From: Klebsormidium nitens
Taxonomy: Eukaryota > Plantae > Klebsormidiophyceae
Direction of reading: 5' to 3'
NCBI GenBank assembly: GCA_000708835.1
Contig: DF237659.1
Span: forward strand, 1 to 42,315
DNA length: 42,315 nt
The position numbers and the translations under genes were made by a program. Below the pieces are notes generated by a model that was not told where the DNA came from, did not search any database, and worked only from the letters and a program-made list of their open reading frames with translations. Below are positions 11,101 through 23,390 of this stretch, piece after piece. Position 1 is the first letter of the stretch. The number at the start of each line of letters is the position of its first letter.

Positions 11101-14100
11101 TGAGTTACTCCGCACCTGAACCCACCCTAACCACCAGGTGAACCCCGCCCGTCCTCCTGTACCTTAAGTTCCTTGTACTATTGAAGTATATTCCTATGGA
11201 TTTCAGTACTGAGAAAGCTAGAAAGCGCTCCTCAGTTGGCCACTCATCGGGGGGTGGCTTAGCGCAGGTTGCGGCATAAACTATGACTTCGTCATAACAG
11301 GAAAGATTATTATTTTGCACGGTGGCTAAGCAGGCCCCGTCCGACTTCCGGCGTTTCATACGCGACACTAGTTGTTTAAACCAATCTTTCCAAGGTCCGA
11401 GCCACCAAATGCTCCTCCCTTTGCTTCAGTATGCTTGCGAGTTTGATGGATGAACCTATCAAGCTGACGGCATCGCACTTTCGGCCACAGCAGATTTGCA
11501 CGGCGTTCATCGTTGCACACGGCGACAACCTGAGCAGTGCCAATGATAAGAGCAGCCGCGCTTGCTACGCATGTCCTCATTACCAGAAAACTGGAACCAA
11601 TGGCAAATGAGCTCTTCGCACCTCTGAATCGCTATCCGTTGGCTCGAAGCTCCACTCCAGTCCTCAATACATAAAGCTTACGACTCCAAAATCCGGTTTC
11701 AATCCATCACGCTCCAAACCCAAAATTCAAACCACAATCGCTGCTCACCTCTGAATCGATATCCGTCGGCTCGAAGCTCCCCTCCAGTCCTCAATACATA
11801 AAGCTAACGATCTCCAAAATCCGGTTTCAATCCATCACGCTCCAAACCCAGAACCCAAACCCCAATCTCTGCTCACCTCTGAGTCGCTATCCGTCGGCTC
11901 GAAGCTCCCCTGGTCGTCCTCCTCTACTTTGGGCGTCCCTCCAATCAATGGCCACGACAGATAAGGCTCACGCTTCAGACCCCTCCGAAACCCAAGTTTA
12001 CTGCCGAAGTCGAGTTCTCCAAACTTCGCATTCCAAACAAGCGAGCATTTCGGCTTACCTCGTTATCGCTATCCGTCGGCTCGAAGCTCCCCTCGTCGTC
12101 CTCGTCCACTTCGGGTGTCGCCCAGTCAATGGCCACCTTGCCCGCGAGCGCCTTGAGCACCGGTCCGCTGACAGCTGGCCACCCGGAGGGGGTCCAAACC
12201 TCCACTGGTAAGTCGACCCCCAGACCGGTGAGCGTGATGTCACGCTGCTTCTTGGGGGGCTTGCCCTCGCGGCCGGGCTCAATGTAGCCGTCCGTGTTGG
12301 GTACCTGGGAAAAACCAATTGTGTCATGGGAGGCCCTTTGTAGTGGGCTTTACTGAATCCCTTTACCTGGCTCTACTTCCTATGCTTTGTTGCGGTGATA
12401 CAAGAGGCAAGCATCTTTGATTGGGTTGCCGGTAAGGACTTTCGCGAAACATAGAGCGCAGTGACACTTGCGGGCCAGATTCGATGCGGGTATTGTGTGC
12501 GCTGATAAGCACGCAACATCGGCCATCGAACCGATTCGAAACCGAAGAAAAAGATCCTTGCCAATACAATCCCAGTCCTTTGGTGATTACTTGGAGGTTC
12601 CGGCTTCATTGAAGAAGCGCTTGTACTTCACCAGGGGATCATCACTCGAAACTGCCACTGATTAAGGAAACGTTACATCTTATTTGCATGCATCCAAGTA
12701 TCTTGGACGATAATCGGCATCAATCCTGCTTGGTTGTGGCACCCACCTTGAAGACCTTGGACATCGGAAGCGACTCCTTGCTGTCCGGCTTGCTGTTTTG
12801 AATGCCCCCAAAAAGGAGCTGGCGAATCTGAATGTCGCTTCCAACGTTCATGAGCACCGCGTCGGGGCACCGCTTGGCGGCCCACCGCCGAAATCGCTCT
12901 ACCGCGCGCGCCTGCTCCGTCAGGGCCAACTGCAACAGTTGGAGAGTATCAAGACGCCGTCAACTTTCCTTTTTCCTTTTCAAGACACCGCCAAGTTGTG
13001 ACTGGTCTGTTTTTTCTACGAGCTTGTGATTCTAAAAGACTGAGCAAAGGCCACCACAATCACTCTCGCAAACCAGGATCCCAGGAAAATCTGTGAAATG
13101 GGACGAGCAGTTCGCTGAGCGAACGAATGACTCGTTTGGCCTGCATCACCATGTGCTGTGGTGGTGACAACCAGCGGTAAATGTTGGTATAATGTAGACC
13201 AATGTTATGAGGTACCCGTTTAATAAAAGCTCAGCCGTTCCTAACCCAGAAGCACGGAGGAGCCCAATGACCACTTTTACCCAAAGGATCGAGAAAAGTT
13301 CCTCCAGCTTGACACCAATCTCCCGACCAGCTTACCTTCTCCATCTTCGCAAGGTGATCAGTGTCAACGAGCATGCCGTTCCGCTCCATATCCGTCAGCA
13401 GTTCCCCAAACGGCTGGTAGTAGCGCTCGTAGCAGTCCCAAAGCGTCCCGCGCATGTCGTCACCCACGCCTCGCCAGGCAGTGGCCTCCAGCTTCGCCTT
13501 GAGAGCCGCCCAAAGCTGCCACGTGGCCTGACATGGAAAGAGCATCGACAAACGTCAGGAACGGGTGAGTCAAAAACAACCTGGTCCCCATATCCAAGGC
13601 TTCCAGAAATTGCGAAGCTGAGACCTCTCTGGCGAGCAGTAGCTAAGAGTAGCAGCCCGAAATGTGTCCTACATGCAGCACATCAGTGTTTATATTGTGT
13701 CGCAATTGGACATGAAGATGCTCGAGAGCACCGCAGAACAGCGACCCCCTACTGCACACTTCACAAACTTGATCCCCTTCGCTTCGATAGCATTCTGCGA
13801 AACCTCACTTTAACGTCAGCGCGAGTTTACCAACCAGACCAGAATGGTCTTCGGTCGGGCAGCCAGACTCGGCCACACAAAGCAGGTCAGCACACAAGAG
13901 CGCTCCCCGCTCACCGTGGCATCGTACGCTGCATACTGCACGAACGCCTCCCGCGTCTCCGGCGCCGTCTGCAGCTCCTCAATCGGCGGCAGCACCTTCA
14001 ATTTCCCCTCCGCCCCATCCTTCTTGATGTTTGGCCTTCCGAACAGCGTCGCCATGCCGATCTTGGCGTTCGTCTTTTCGCCCATTATCTCGCGGTCCGC

Positions 14101-17100
14101 TGTTAGCGACTCGAGTGAGTAGCCCGCGCCGGCCTTTTTATCGCGGGCGGAATCGTAGAGGCGCGCCATGTGCATGGTGTCCGCGTGGAGGCCCCGCGCG
14201 TCGACGCCGTGGTTGTGGAGGATGTGGCGGTCGAAGCTGTAGTTGTGCCACACCTGGGGGAGAGCGAAAAAAATGCTTGTGGGACGTCTGACGCCTCTGC
14301 TGAACGGACGTGGTAGACGGGAAGTTCGACGGGAAGGAGAGCGAAGGAGATCTCCGAAAGCGAACGACGCTTATGATGAAGCCGGAAGTGAAGGAATTTC
14401 ATTGTGCGTATTCAAATTAGGAAAAGGCTCTGGAACGTACAAATCGATGCCGATCACTTGCTGGCCTCGCATTCGGCGTCAATTGCGAAAAATTTGCTAT
14501 TTGGGAGGCGGTACTGGCGCTTTACCATTTCCTGCATCTATTGCTGTAATTCCATATTCCAAAAGGAGTGAAGGGCTAAAAGTCAAATGTAAGGGGAGAA
14601 ACTTATTCCGCATCTCCCTGCTTCTTTTATCTACCGTCGTGATAGATAGTTGGCACAAACTGACAAAAAAACCGAGTCCAGAACCGCAAAAAGACTCCTG
14701 AAATGTTGAAGCAGAAACTTTTCCTCACAGAAGGCACATTCCCCAGGATCTGACGATATGAAAGCTTCGACTCCTTGAATAGCAACAGATTGGAGCAGTA
14801 CATCGGGTGCATTTCTCAGATCCAACGTGTAGCCCACCTTCTTGATGGTCGGATCTTCAAAGAAGCTCTTGAACGGCGCCAGCAGCTCCTGTCCCCCCCC
14901 CAGCAGGTCCACGAACACGCAACTATTCCCGGCCCCCCAGTCGACGTCCGGCCCCGCATAGAACGTGAAGCACGTCATCATGCCATGACCCACGGGGCTC
15001 TCCTTCTTGACGTCAATCTCCATCACCTCCGTGTCGCACGCAAACACGCGCGCGCGGTGTGACGTCAGCGCCAGCTCAGCAACCCGCTCCGCCTCGGCGA
15101 GGTCGCTCACCAGAAGGACCGCCTCGTCCCGCGCCGCGAGCGCCGCGGCGACCGCCGCTTTGGCTTCGGCTTCCGTCGGGACGGGAAGCGGTTCCGGAGG
15201 CGGAGCGTCTGGCTCCGACTTCAGGGCAGCCTTCGCGCGCGGCTTGCGCATTGCGGGGGCTCTCCGCGGTCCTGACCCCGTCTTCTCGGACCCCGTCTTG
15301 GAGAGTCGTTCGCCGAAGACCGTGCTGCTCCGCAGGAGAGGCGACATGCTTTGCGCCGGGGTCAGGGTCTGCGCAAACGGCGCAGAGGACCCGTTTCCGG
15401 GAGTCCGTGGCTGTGCACTGAGACCACCTCCGAGAGTGTGAAGGTCCGCCGCTGCTTCGATTGGCTGAGAATTTACCCCTAGAGGAACGTCCGCCACCGC
15501 GAACCCGGCATCTGAAGCACGCTCAGGGGGGTGGAGAGCGCCGGTGCCATTTCCGAGTACTCCAACAAACTGCAATTGGACCTCCAGACCCCCCTCTGCG
15601 GTCAGCACCTCGCCCACCGGCAGCCCAGGAACCCCCTGCTGTCCCAACAGCCTAGTGCTGTCGACCCTTTCTCCTTCCTCTGGCTGCAGTCTGCCCTCCT
15701 GGATCCGCCCCGCAGCCGGCATCTGCCCACTTGACACTGCTCCCACAACCGGCTTAACAGCCTCCTCGGCTGGCTTCGAAACCCTGGCCGTCTTCCTACC
15801 CACCCCTCTAGTTCTCGTTGCGGCCCCGAGACCGTCTCCTGGTGTCAAAGCCTCCGCCGCTTCCCCCTCCGCAATCTCAACCGTCGCCTCTGGCGTGGAC
15901 GTCGCCCGCCAACTCCTTGTCGGCCGCTTCTGCGACACGGTGGCGCCAGCCCCGCTTGCAGACCCCAAGGCCTTCGTCTCTCCATTCTTTTCCTCCTCAG
16001 CAAACCGCAACCCTTTAGGCCGGTTCACTTTGGGCTTCTCTTTGACAATGCCCCTGTCTTTGCCTCCAAGCTCTCCATTTGCAGTGCTGGTCTCCGGGGC
16101 GATCGGTTCACCTGGCCCGTCCTGTGCCAAGACAGCATCCTGCACCTTTGGATCCCTGGCCGCTGGGACTTTAGGTGATACGGGAGAAACAGCCTTCGCA
16201 GCCCCTGCTTTTACCCTAGCTCCATTGGTCAGGGCAGCGTCCCCAGGACTCTCTGCTTCCAAACCTTTCGCTTCCACTTTGACAGCAGACTCGACACCTG
16301 CACCCTCTACCTCCGTGGCCAGAGTTTTACTGCGCCGTGGCTTTCTTGGCTTAAACGGCGGTCTCTTCTTCCCTTCGTCGCAAACGGCGCTTCGCTTTGG
16401 CTCCAAATGAGTCTCCGCTTCCCCACCCCAAGCTTCAACCAAAGTGGCCCCTTGAGGGGGGCCCTGCACTGCGCTGCTTGAGACCTCCTTGTTTGCCTCA
16501 GGAATGGGGCTCAAAGGTACGTTTGGAGGTCCATGCATGGGGCGACTTTCAGCGGACTGCTCACGTTGACGAGCAATCTGCGGCGAGTTGCGCGCTCTGT
16601 GCGCCTGTTCCTCCACAAATTCCTCCTCAAGGAGCTTCGAGCTAGCATCAGTTCGCTGCAAGGAAGCCCAGAGCTTCAAGTTCTCGGGCGACTCGTATGT
16701 TGCTCCAGGTATAACCCTCCCAAACTCGGTATGGGCACCGGTTTGCACCGCTGGATTGATGGCTATTTTCACGCTTCCTGGAGGCCTCGCCTTTTGCCAG
16801 GGCTCCTGATCCCTGTCCCAATCGCCTCCCCCCCTCCAGTATGACGCCCGTTCTGTAATAGGCTGGGCTTCCTGCAAGCATGGCTTGCTGCTGGAGGGGC
16901 GGAAGGCGGGCAGGCTCCGATTGGCGCTCCCAGCAGTGCCGGGGAGTGTCTGAGCAGGGGAAGAACCCAGAGCCAGGGGGCCCCACAGCAGGGAGACACT
17001 CTGGACGAGAAGAGAGCTGCAGAAAGAAAGTGGAAGCAGGGTCATGCATCTTCAAAACCTCCTACGCTGTGCACAGGATTTCCTGCTCGCAACAAACATA

Positions 17101-17493
17101 CTCAGAATTGACAAAGCCGATCATAAGTGCCAAGTGCAACCTTCACTGGTTTCAAAAGCCTCGTTGTCGCTTTCGCAAAAGCGAACGAGATTGACGACAC
17201 TTTTGAGGCGACTGATTGATACTTTGATGATAAGGAGAAGGGACAGAAGCATACCTGGAAGAGCCCTGTTTGCCATAGCTCTGCAGGGCGTGTGAGACCT
17301 TGGCCACGGGGCCCTCAGCCGCCGACAGCATCTCCAGTCTGAGGGCAGACATGCTGACAATGTGCTGGAATCGAGATGCAAGCTGCAATACGGCCTGACG
17401 CTGCGCAGGCCCAGTTTGCATCAGGAGGCCGCCACCACTGCACAAGAGATGCTTCAATGACTTTGAGAGTTTGTAAGGAATTATTTTTGACAT
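8176..17493 (-). CDS. POP: Plant organellar DNA polymerase (family A, PolIA/IB-like) with 3'-5' exonuclease; 11 coding exons, ~1490 aa
   Basis: Exons on the minus strand: 17493-17255, 17016-14838, 14253-13915, 13527-13336, 12929-12747, 12304-12059, 10989-10741, 10442-10350, 9875-9588, 8979-8767, 8427-8176. They join in frame (4473 nt, ends TAG). Motifs: ExoI FACDTEV, ExoII WHNYSFD, ExoIII YAAYDA, motif A IVADYGQLELR, motif B RRKAKMLNFSIAYG, motif C LQVHDE, plus the POP-type insert GTAYAAFGGG..ACHAIAAL. The start codon is uncertain (17493, 17421 or 17352). Confidence 0.93.
9077..9280 (-). repeat. Decayed intronic copies of the acceptor and start of POP exon 10
   Basis: ttcaccgtcttctctgcggctcctccagcgtca...ggatgacgtca...ggggaggtt (about 9097-9192) parallels 8948-9042; a third fragment lies at about 9245-9280. 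Confidence 0.75.
11615..11960 (-). repeat. Three decayed ~128-nt tandem copies of the 3' end and donor of POP exon 6
   Basis: ctatccgtcggctcgaagctcc recurs near 11635, 11760, 11890 and in the true exon near 12070. The copies keep GT donors at 11876, 11748 and 11621. Confidence 0.85.
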
Positions 17494-18192
17494 CAGTTTT
17501 TGCGGTCTTGATTGGCAAAGTGTTGAAGTAGCGTGTGCAAAACACTGACCAGAAAAATATGATGGTCAGATACTTCCAAGAAAACCGTAGTGTTCTTGTG
17601 GAAGTGCAATTTGCTGATCAGACTTTGCCTTCTTCAACATGCCAAGGGCTTTTCTTCTGAGAACGCGCCACAGCATTCAGCTACAGCATAAGGAGAGTGC
17701 ATGAAGAATTCGAGAACAAGTTTTTATAGGGGGAAAGTCAGGACACGCATCAATAAGACAAAATCAGATAAAAGCACCCTCGATGGTAGTGGTGGGACAA
17801 AAGTGTCCCCTAGATTCCAAACGCTCAGACCTTCCCCGAGCAAAACCTGTACTTTCATGAGTTTGTAAACTGGGAATCATTCCCAAAGGAACCTTCATGA
17901 GCAAGGGTAAGTAACATGGTGCTACATGGTGCTACAATATGTCTTGTAAGGAGACAAACGATTGCAAACATGTTATTTCGCGAGTTTAGTTGATGACAGG
18001 GGGTGTGCAAATTTTGAAGACTGTACAGAATACATGTAAGACTGCATAGTTGGATTCAATAGGAAACAACAAAATTACGGATGAGAAGCTGTAGCACCGC
18101 CAATTCATAGAGCACATACTTGTAGACCAACAAACAAGCTACCCAAACTTCAGTTGTTAGAGAAAAGAAAGCTTTGAAAGAAAAGCCTCCTT

Positions 18193-18862
18193 ACCTTACG
18201 AGTAGGGCCTAAGCGACAATGGAATAACTGGCTTCAGACATCCGCTTGAAACCATTCCCAATGCAAACGGCTTCACCCAAGCAGGAATCAAGCGTGTCCA
18301 ACGTACTTTTAGAGTATCTCAAACCATTACAATGACGCTCAGCAACGTTTCCGTTCCCGTCCCTCGCCCTTGCACCATTCTCATGTTGATGGAACGCCCC
18401 CTCCGAAACACCAAGTCTACGCGCCAAATTTGAGGGAGTGTCGTCTGACTGAGAGGGAGTGTCGTCTTCTGAGTCGGAGCTTGGCAGCCGCTCAGGAGTT
18501 CTCACAACGGAACGGAATGGCGCGCGGAATGTTTCCGCATCAGTCAACAGATCGTCGGATCCGCCCGGGGGTGCAAACGAGTCGGACTCGGAGCAGGGCG
18601 CGTTCCGTCAACCTTGTCTACGGGTGCGCAGAACGGGACCGGAAAGAGCCAGCAAAAGGGCCATGAAGTTTAACTTTTTACGAGAAACAGAAGATTTGAG
18701 CCAATCCTGGACGCCCACTTTCTGCTTGTACAGGTACTGAAGTAGAAACCATCATTTGCTCTAGCTGAACTGAGACTGAAGTCCTCTCTTTGATTTGAGC
18801 ACAGGAGGAGTTCATTGGGGCGTTCTTCTGCTTAGCACAATCAGAACGATCAGGAATCATTC
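18193..18862. promoter_or_regulatory. Probable compact bidirectional promoter and 5'-UTR region shared by POP (-) and ALDH10 (+)
   Basis: Head-to-head genes. Minus-strand donors gtaaggtaag at 18199/18194 and an acceptor near 17545 imply a non-coding first POP exon here. The ALDH ATG is at 18863. Confidence 0.45.
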
Positions 18863-21300
18863 ATGGCTGAAACTGATGGCCACTCCGCTGTGGCAGCACG
18901 GACTGCCGTGCCAACCAGGGATCTTTTCATCAATGGCACATGGGTAGCCCCTGTTCTCAATGAACGCGTCCCAATCATCAACCCAGCAACTGAGGAGAGC
19001 ATTGGTGAGACCTCAGCTGAAGCTGTTCGTCAAAGTGATTATGCAGTATGTAAAAGGGGTTTTTGCAGATCTAAGCAGCTTCTGGACGGAAACAAGACTG
19101 TCTGAGAGTGTTTAGGTCATGATGTTTGTACTAGGTCCAAGAGCAAGACTCTGCTTGCAACTTTATCTTGTTTGTCCTAGGCCTAGTGTCCTGTATGTCT
19201 CTCACTGCCCTTACATGAGCTGCTTGTAGTCCCCAATCTGATGCACTTTCATGGGCAAAACCTTGCTCTCAATTATTTGGGAATCTCCGTTTTTGTTTTG
19301 GACACTTTGTACGTCTTCGTGGTTGACACTTTATATAAGCATGAGTCTCCCTAATCAAATTGATTGGAGGATTGGTGCATCTTGTGGGGTATAGGCGCAA
19401 CCCCTGCGGCCACTTGCTGGGGACGTAGACAAGGCGGTGAAGGCCGCAAGGGACGCTTTCACCAGGAATGGGGGCAAGGACTGGGCGAGGCTACGGGCGC
19501 CGTGCGTGCCAAGTACCTCCGAGCTATCGCCGCAAAGGTACACGGAAGCTTCTGGCTACTTCCTGTTTCTAGCATTCAGCTTTTGGGCCCAAGATTTGAC
19601 TGTAGCTGGAGTCCTTTTCTGGCAGGGGTTAGAGTTCTTCAGAGACATCACTTTTGTCCCTCCCTCTCTTCAATCTACGCACAGCAGTATTGGATCTTTT
19701 AGAGCAAGTGACTTTGTGTGTTAAGCTTATCCGAGCTGTGAGAATGAGAATGGGGCCCATGAAAACAACTTGTGAGGAATGTTCACTGAGCGGTCTTTGA
19801 GTCTCGTGAGGTTTTGAAGACTCCAGAATCCACAACTGAAAGGCTACTCTTTTTGGAAATCATCAGGTCACTGAGCGTAAGTCGCAGCTTGCGCAGCTTG
19901 AGTCCATGGACAACGGCAAGCCAATTGATGAAGCAGAGTGGGACATGGTGAGTGATCCTGGCAACCTTCATTCTTTGCTCGGCTAGCTTAGGGTCCGTCC
20001 GTTTGGTTCTTAAAAGTGGTCGCTGCATCACGATTGCCTTAAACGTGGTTGAATCCTTTGATATATGAGAAGGTTTAAGGATGCCTCAATAAGCCTTTCA
20101 ACTCTCTTCAGAGGGCAAGTACTTGTAAAGAAGCAGCTTCGAAATGGCACGTTCAAGCTGTACACATGGGAATGCTCTGGTCCAAAACTACTGGGGGGTC
20201 CAAAACCACTGGGGGCCACATATTGAACTGCAGCTGTTCCTTGCCAGAAAACTTGCGAGCAGTCATCCTTCACAATCAGCTCACGAATGCTTCCCTTCAG
20301 CGCAGTCTCCTTCTTCAGAACAAGGCCCATTGATGGAGAATCACCTTTAAATTTAACGACACCTCCGACACGAACGGTTCTGCTTCACACAGACTTCAAA
20401 GGGGCTGACAACTTTGTGTGAATATCGCTCTCTTTGCAGGATGACGTGGCTGGCTGTTTTGAGTACTATGCTGAGCTGGCGGAGGGCTTGGACGCCACCA
20501 AGTACACCGAGATCAAAGTCCCCATGGACACCTTCAAATCGCACGTGACTAAGGAGCCGATCGGAGTCGTGGCCCTTATCACCCCCTGGTGAGAACGTGC
20601 CAACTTTTATTTGTCAGCAGATATCATGTGTTATGTTGTTTCTGTTAGGGAACTGAGTCAATCGGAAGGCTGACAGGCGTCAGAAACCTTCGCTTGGACA
20701 TATCCAGTCGATTTGGAGTGATGTCTGCAGTGGTGATTTGATGTTAATATGGAAGTCGATGTAGAAGGATGATTGCAGTGTAAGTTCCACTTGGCTCAAA
20801 TCGAGGTGCTGTTTCTGGCTTGCTGCCTTGTCTCGTTAATCCTGTCATAGATGCTGTTTTCTTTTTGACTTGCCTGTGAAGCCGCGTCTCCAGGCTCACA
20901 ACTGAACATGATTGAAATGGCGGACCTCTGGAAGGCGAGTAGCAAGCTACATTGACCCCGACGAAAGCCTTCGACCACTTAGCAGAGCTTGATTCTGCTC
21001 GAAATGAACGCAAGTAGACTTCTAGTGAAATCTGACCTGCGCTTCCTTTGCCTTTCAGGAACTACCCCATGTTGATGGCAGCCTGGAAGGTTGCTCCGGC
21101 GTTGGCGGCGGGCTGCTGCGCGATTCTGAAGCCGTCTGAGCTGGCCTCGATGTGAGCACACAACGGCGTTTCCCCTCCAAGCAGAGTCGTATCAAAGCTC
21201 TCGCGGCTGCCGCTGAGTGGATTCAAGAAGCTCAATCCATCCCGTCTCTATCTTCCTGTAAAGCCGTTGGTTTTTACGTTCTTCCTTAGTCGCGGCTCCC

Positions 21301-21500
21301 GAAAACATCTCACAACTGGAGACACGAAACGTTTCATTCCCGACCATTGCCTTTCTCCGAAGGTACCTCGATATCACCCCTTAAAACCGTGGCTTTCATG
21401 ATCTTTGTTAATTGCTGCTCCCGAACATATCCTAAAATGGAGACACGAAGCGTTTCAGATCCTAGCATTGCCTTTCTTCGAAGGTTTCTCGATATCCAAA
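21301..21500. repeat. Intronic ~80-nt duplication
   Basis: gaaaacatctcacaactggagacacgaaacgtttca...cattgcctttctccgaaggt..ctcgatatc at about 21301 and again at about 21423. Confidence 0.75.
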
Positions 21501-21689
21501 ACCGCGTGTTACGTACAGCACGTGTCTAATTATCTGAAACCGCGTGTTCCGTGCAGCACGTGTCTGGAGCTCGGCGCGATTGCTGCGGACGTCGGGCTTC
21601 CTCCCGGCGTGTTGAACATCGTCACCGGGCTGGGGCCAACGGCGGGCGCGCCGCTGGCAGAGCACCCAGGAGTCGACAAGGTACGATTG

Positions 21690-21915
21690 TGTGCTTGCCA
21701 CGTTCGTTGGCGTTTGGATTTGCGGTTCCTTCTCAAAAGAAAAGCTCTCGACTTTGCCACGTTCGTTGCCTTTTGGATTTGCGGTTCTTCTTCAAAAGAA
21801 AATCTCTTGTGCTTGCCAGGTTCGTTGGCTTCTGGATTTGCCGTTCCTTCTCAAAAGAGATTCTCTGGTGCTTGTCCCCGTTCGTTGGTTTTCTGATTTG
21901 CGGTTCCTTCTCAGA
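21690..21915. repeat. Intronic tandem repeat, ~60-nt unit x4
   Basis: cgttcgttgg...ggatttgcggttccttctcaaaaga recurs four times. Confidence 0.85.
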
Positions 21916-23390
21916 AGAGAATCTCTGGCCTTTGTTCTCTTAGAGTCCCCGGTGATGGAAAAAGCGTCCACAATTCACGACTGTCCTCTCAAAAGTAGAC
22001 CTGGGGCATCTTAAGTGGGGCGGTCGTACCAACTTTGCATGTCGTTGCAGAATCGGTAGAGACCACAAAGGTCTGCGGACGAGGGGTGAAGAGGCAAGAT
22101 GTTACCAGGAAAGCTGGTCGCTTCAAAAGCTCACTCTGGCAAAGAAGAATCCGAAAGACCCGACATCTAATGTCTCTTTTCTCTTCGGTGACAGGTGGCC
22201 TTCACAGGCAGTACCGCAACCGGGCAGCGGATCATGATGGCTGCCACATAGGCGATCAAGGTCCGTCCTAGCCTTTCCAAAACCAGCCATCATTGAACGA
22301 GGGTCGCTCTTCAATGTTTACTAGAGCGCTTACCAACCGTTGTCTGCATCGCGGCGCTTCGTTGGTGCGTATTGTGGGTTGCCTTGTGCGTCATGAGTCG
22401 GACGGCAGTCCTTCCTGGATCTGGTGTCGAGCTCTGTGTCGAAATGGCACCGAAACTGCCCACTTTCCGACGAGCTGGTTCGTACTTCGTTAGCGTTGGA
22501 CATCAGTTCTGTGACGTAACCCGGCACGCCCCAACGAAGGCATATGCATCGCGTCGAACCACTGCTTCTTGAAATCGTCCAGAGCTATCGGCATAATGCG
22601 CTCGAATCTGAGAGTCGTCGTGCTGATTTAGGTAGCTAAGCATTGAGTGCATGAGAAGAAAGACGAGGAGGTCGTGGGGGGGGCGAGCCTCTGGTTTCTC
22701 GGTGCAGGAGGAGGGGCGGTGACTCGTACTGGGCAGTGAGAAAGTCCATCTCGCTATGGAATTCTTCTCTCGACATGTTCAATCTAGTTGTTTTCTTGCA
22801 GCCGGTCTCGTTGCAGCTCGGTGGGAAGAGCGCGCTTATGGTGTTCGAGGACGCAGACATTGACAAAGGTAGGCGAAGTCATTTCAAAAAATTCCAAGAG
22901 ATGGATCGAAGACGTTCCTAGCTGACGCCTGTGGTTGTTTTGGCGATTGGCCGTACGGTGACTTGTAGACTGAACGAAGAATGAAGTGCTTGTGGTTTTC
23001 TGACAACTGCGTACAACATTTTGAAGAGTGGGTATGCTCTAGCAGCAAAAGAGCCGAAGTCCTTGATTTTGGCGTCCAAGAGACATCTTAGCAACAAAAC
23101 GTTTTTCCATAGCAAAGCTGCAATTTAGGGTCTTCGAGCCACGGTCGTTCACATGCGTTATCCACACCCTACTGAAGCGTCTGATTATTACGAATTCCTG
23201 CGGAATCCGAGTTGAACTTTTGAGCACCGTCGAACGTTTCCCTTAGTTGCTTTTGTTCGAACCCCACGGAGCATGGGTCTACACCTACCGGCTTTGAAGC
23301 ATCATTCAGACCCTTCTGGCTACGAACCACAAGTTTAAATTTGTTAACGGTTCGGATGAGCCTCACTCTGCTCACCAGCATTTTGCGTCT

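Noticed and set aside
13207-16410. Plus-strand ORFs 13207-14106 (299 aa) and 15544-16410 (288 aa)
   Set aside because: Antisense shadows of POP exons with no independent protein features.
8176-17493. Viral, phage or bacterial (horizontally acquired) family-A polymerase
   Set aside because: Ten spliceosomal introns, a transit-peptide-like start and POP-type insertions indicate the ordinary nuclear-encoded organellar enzyme.
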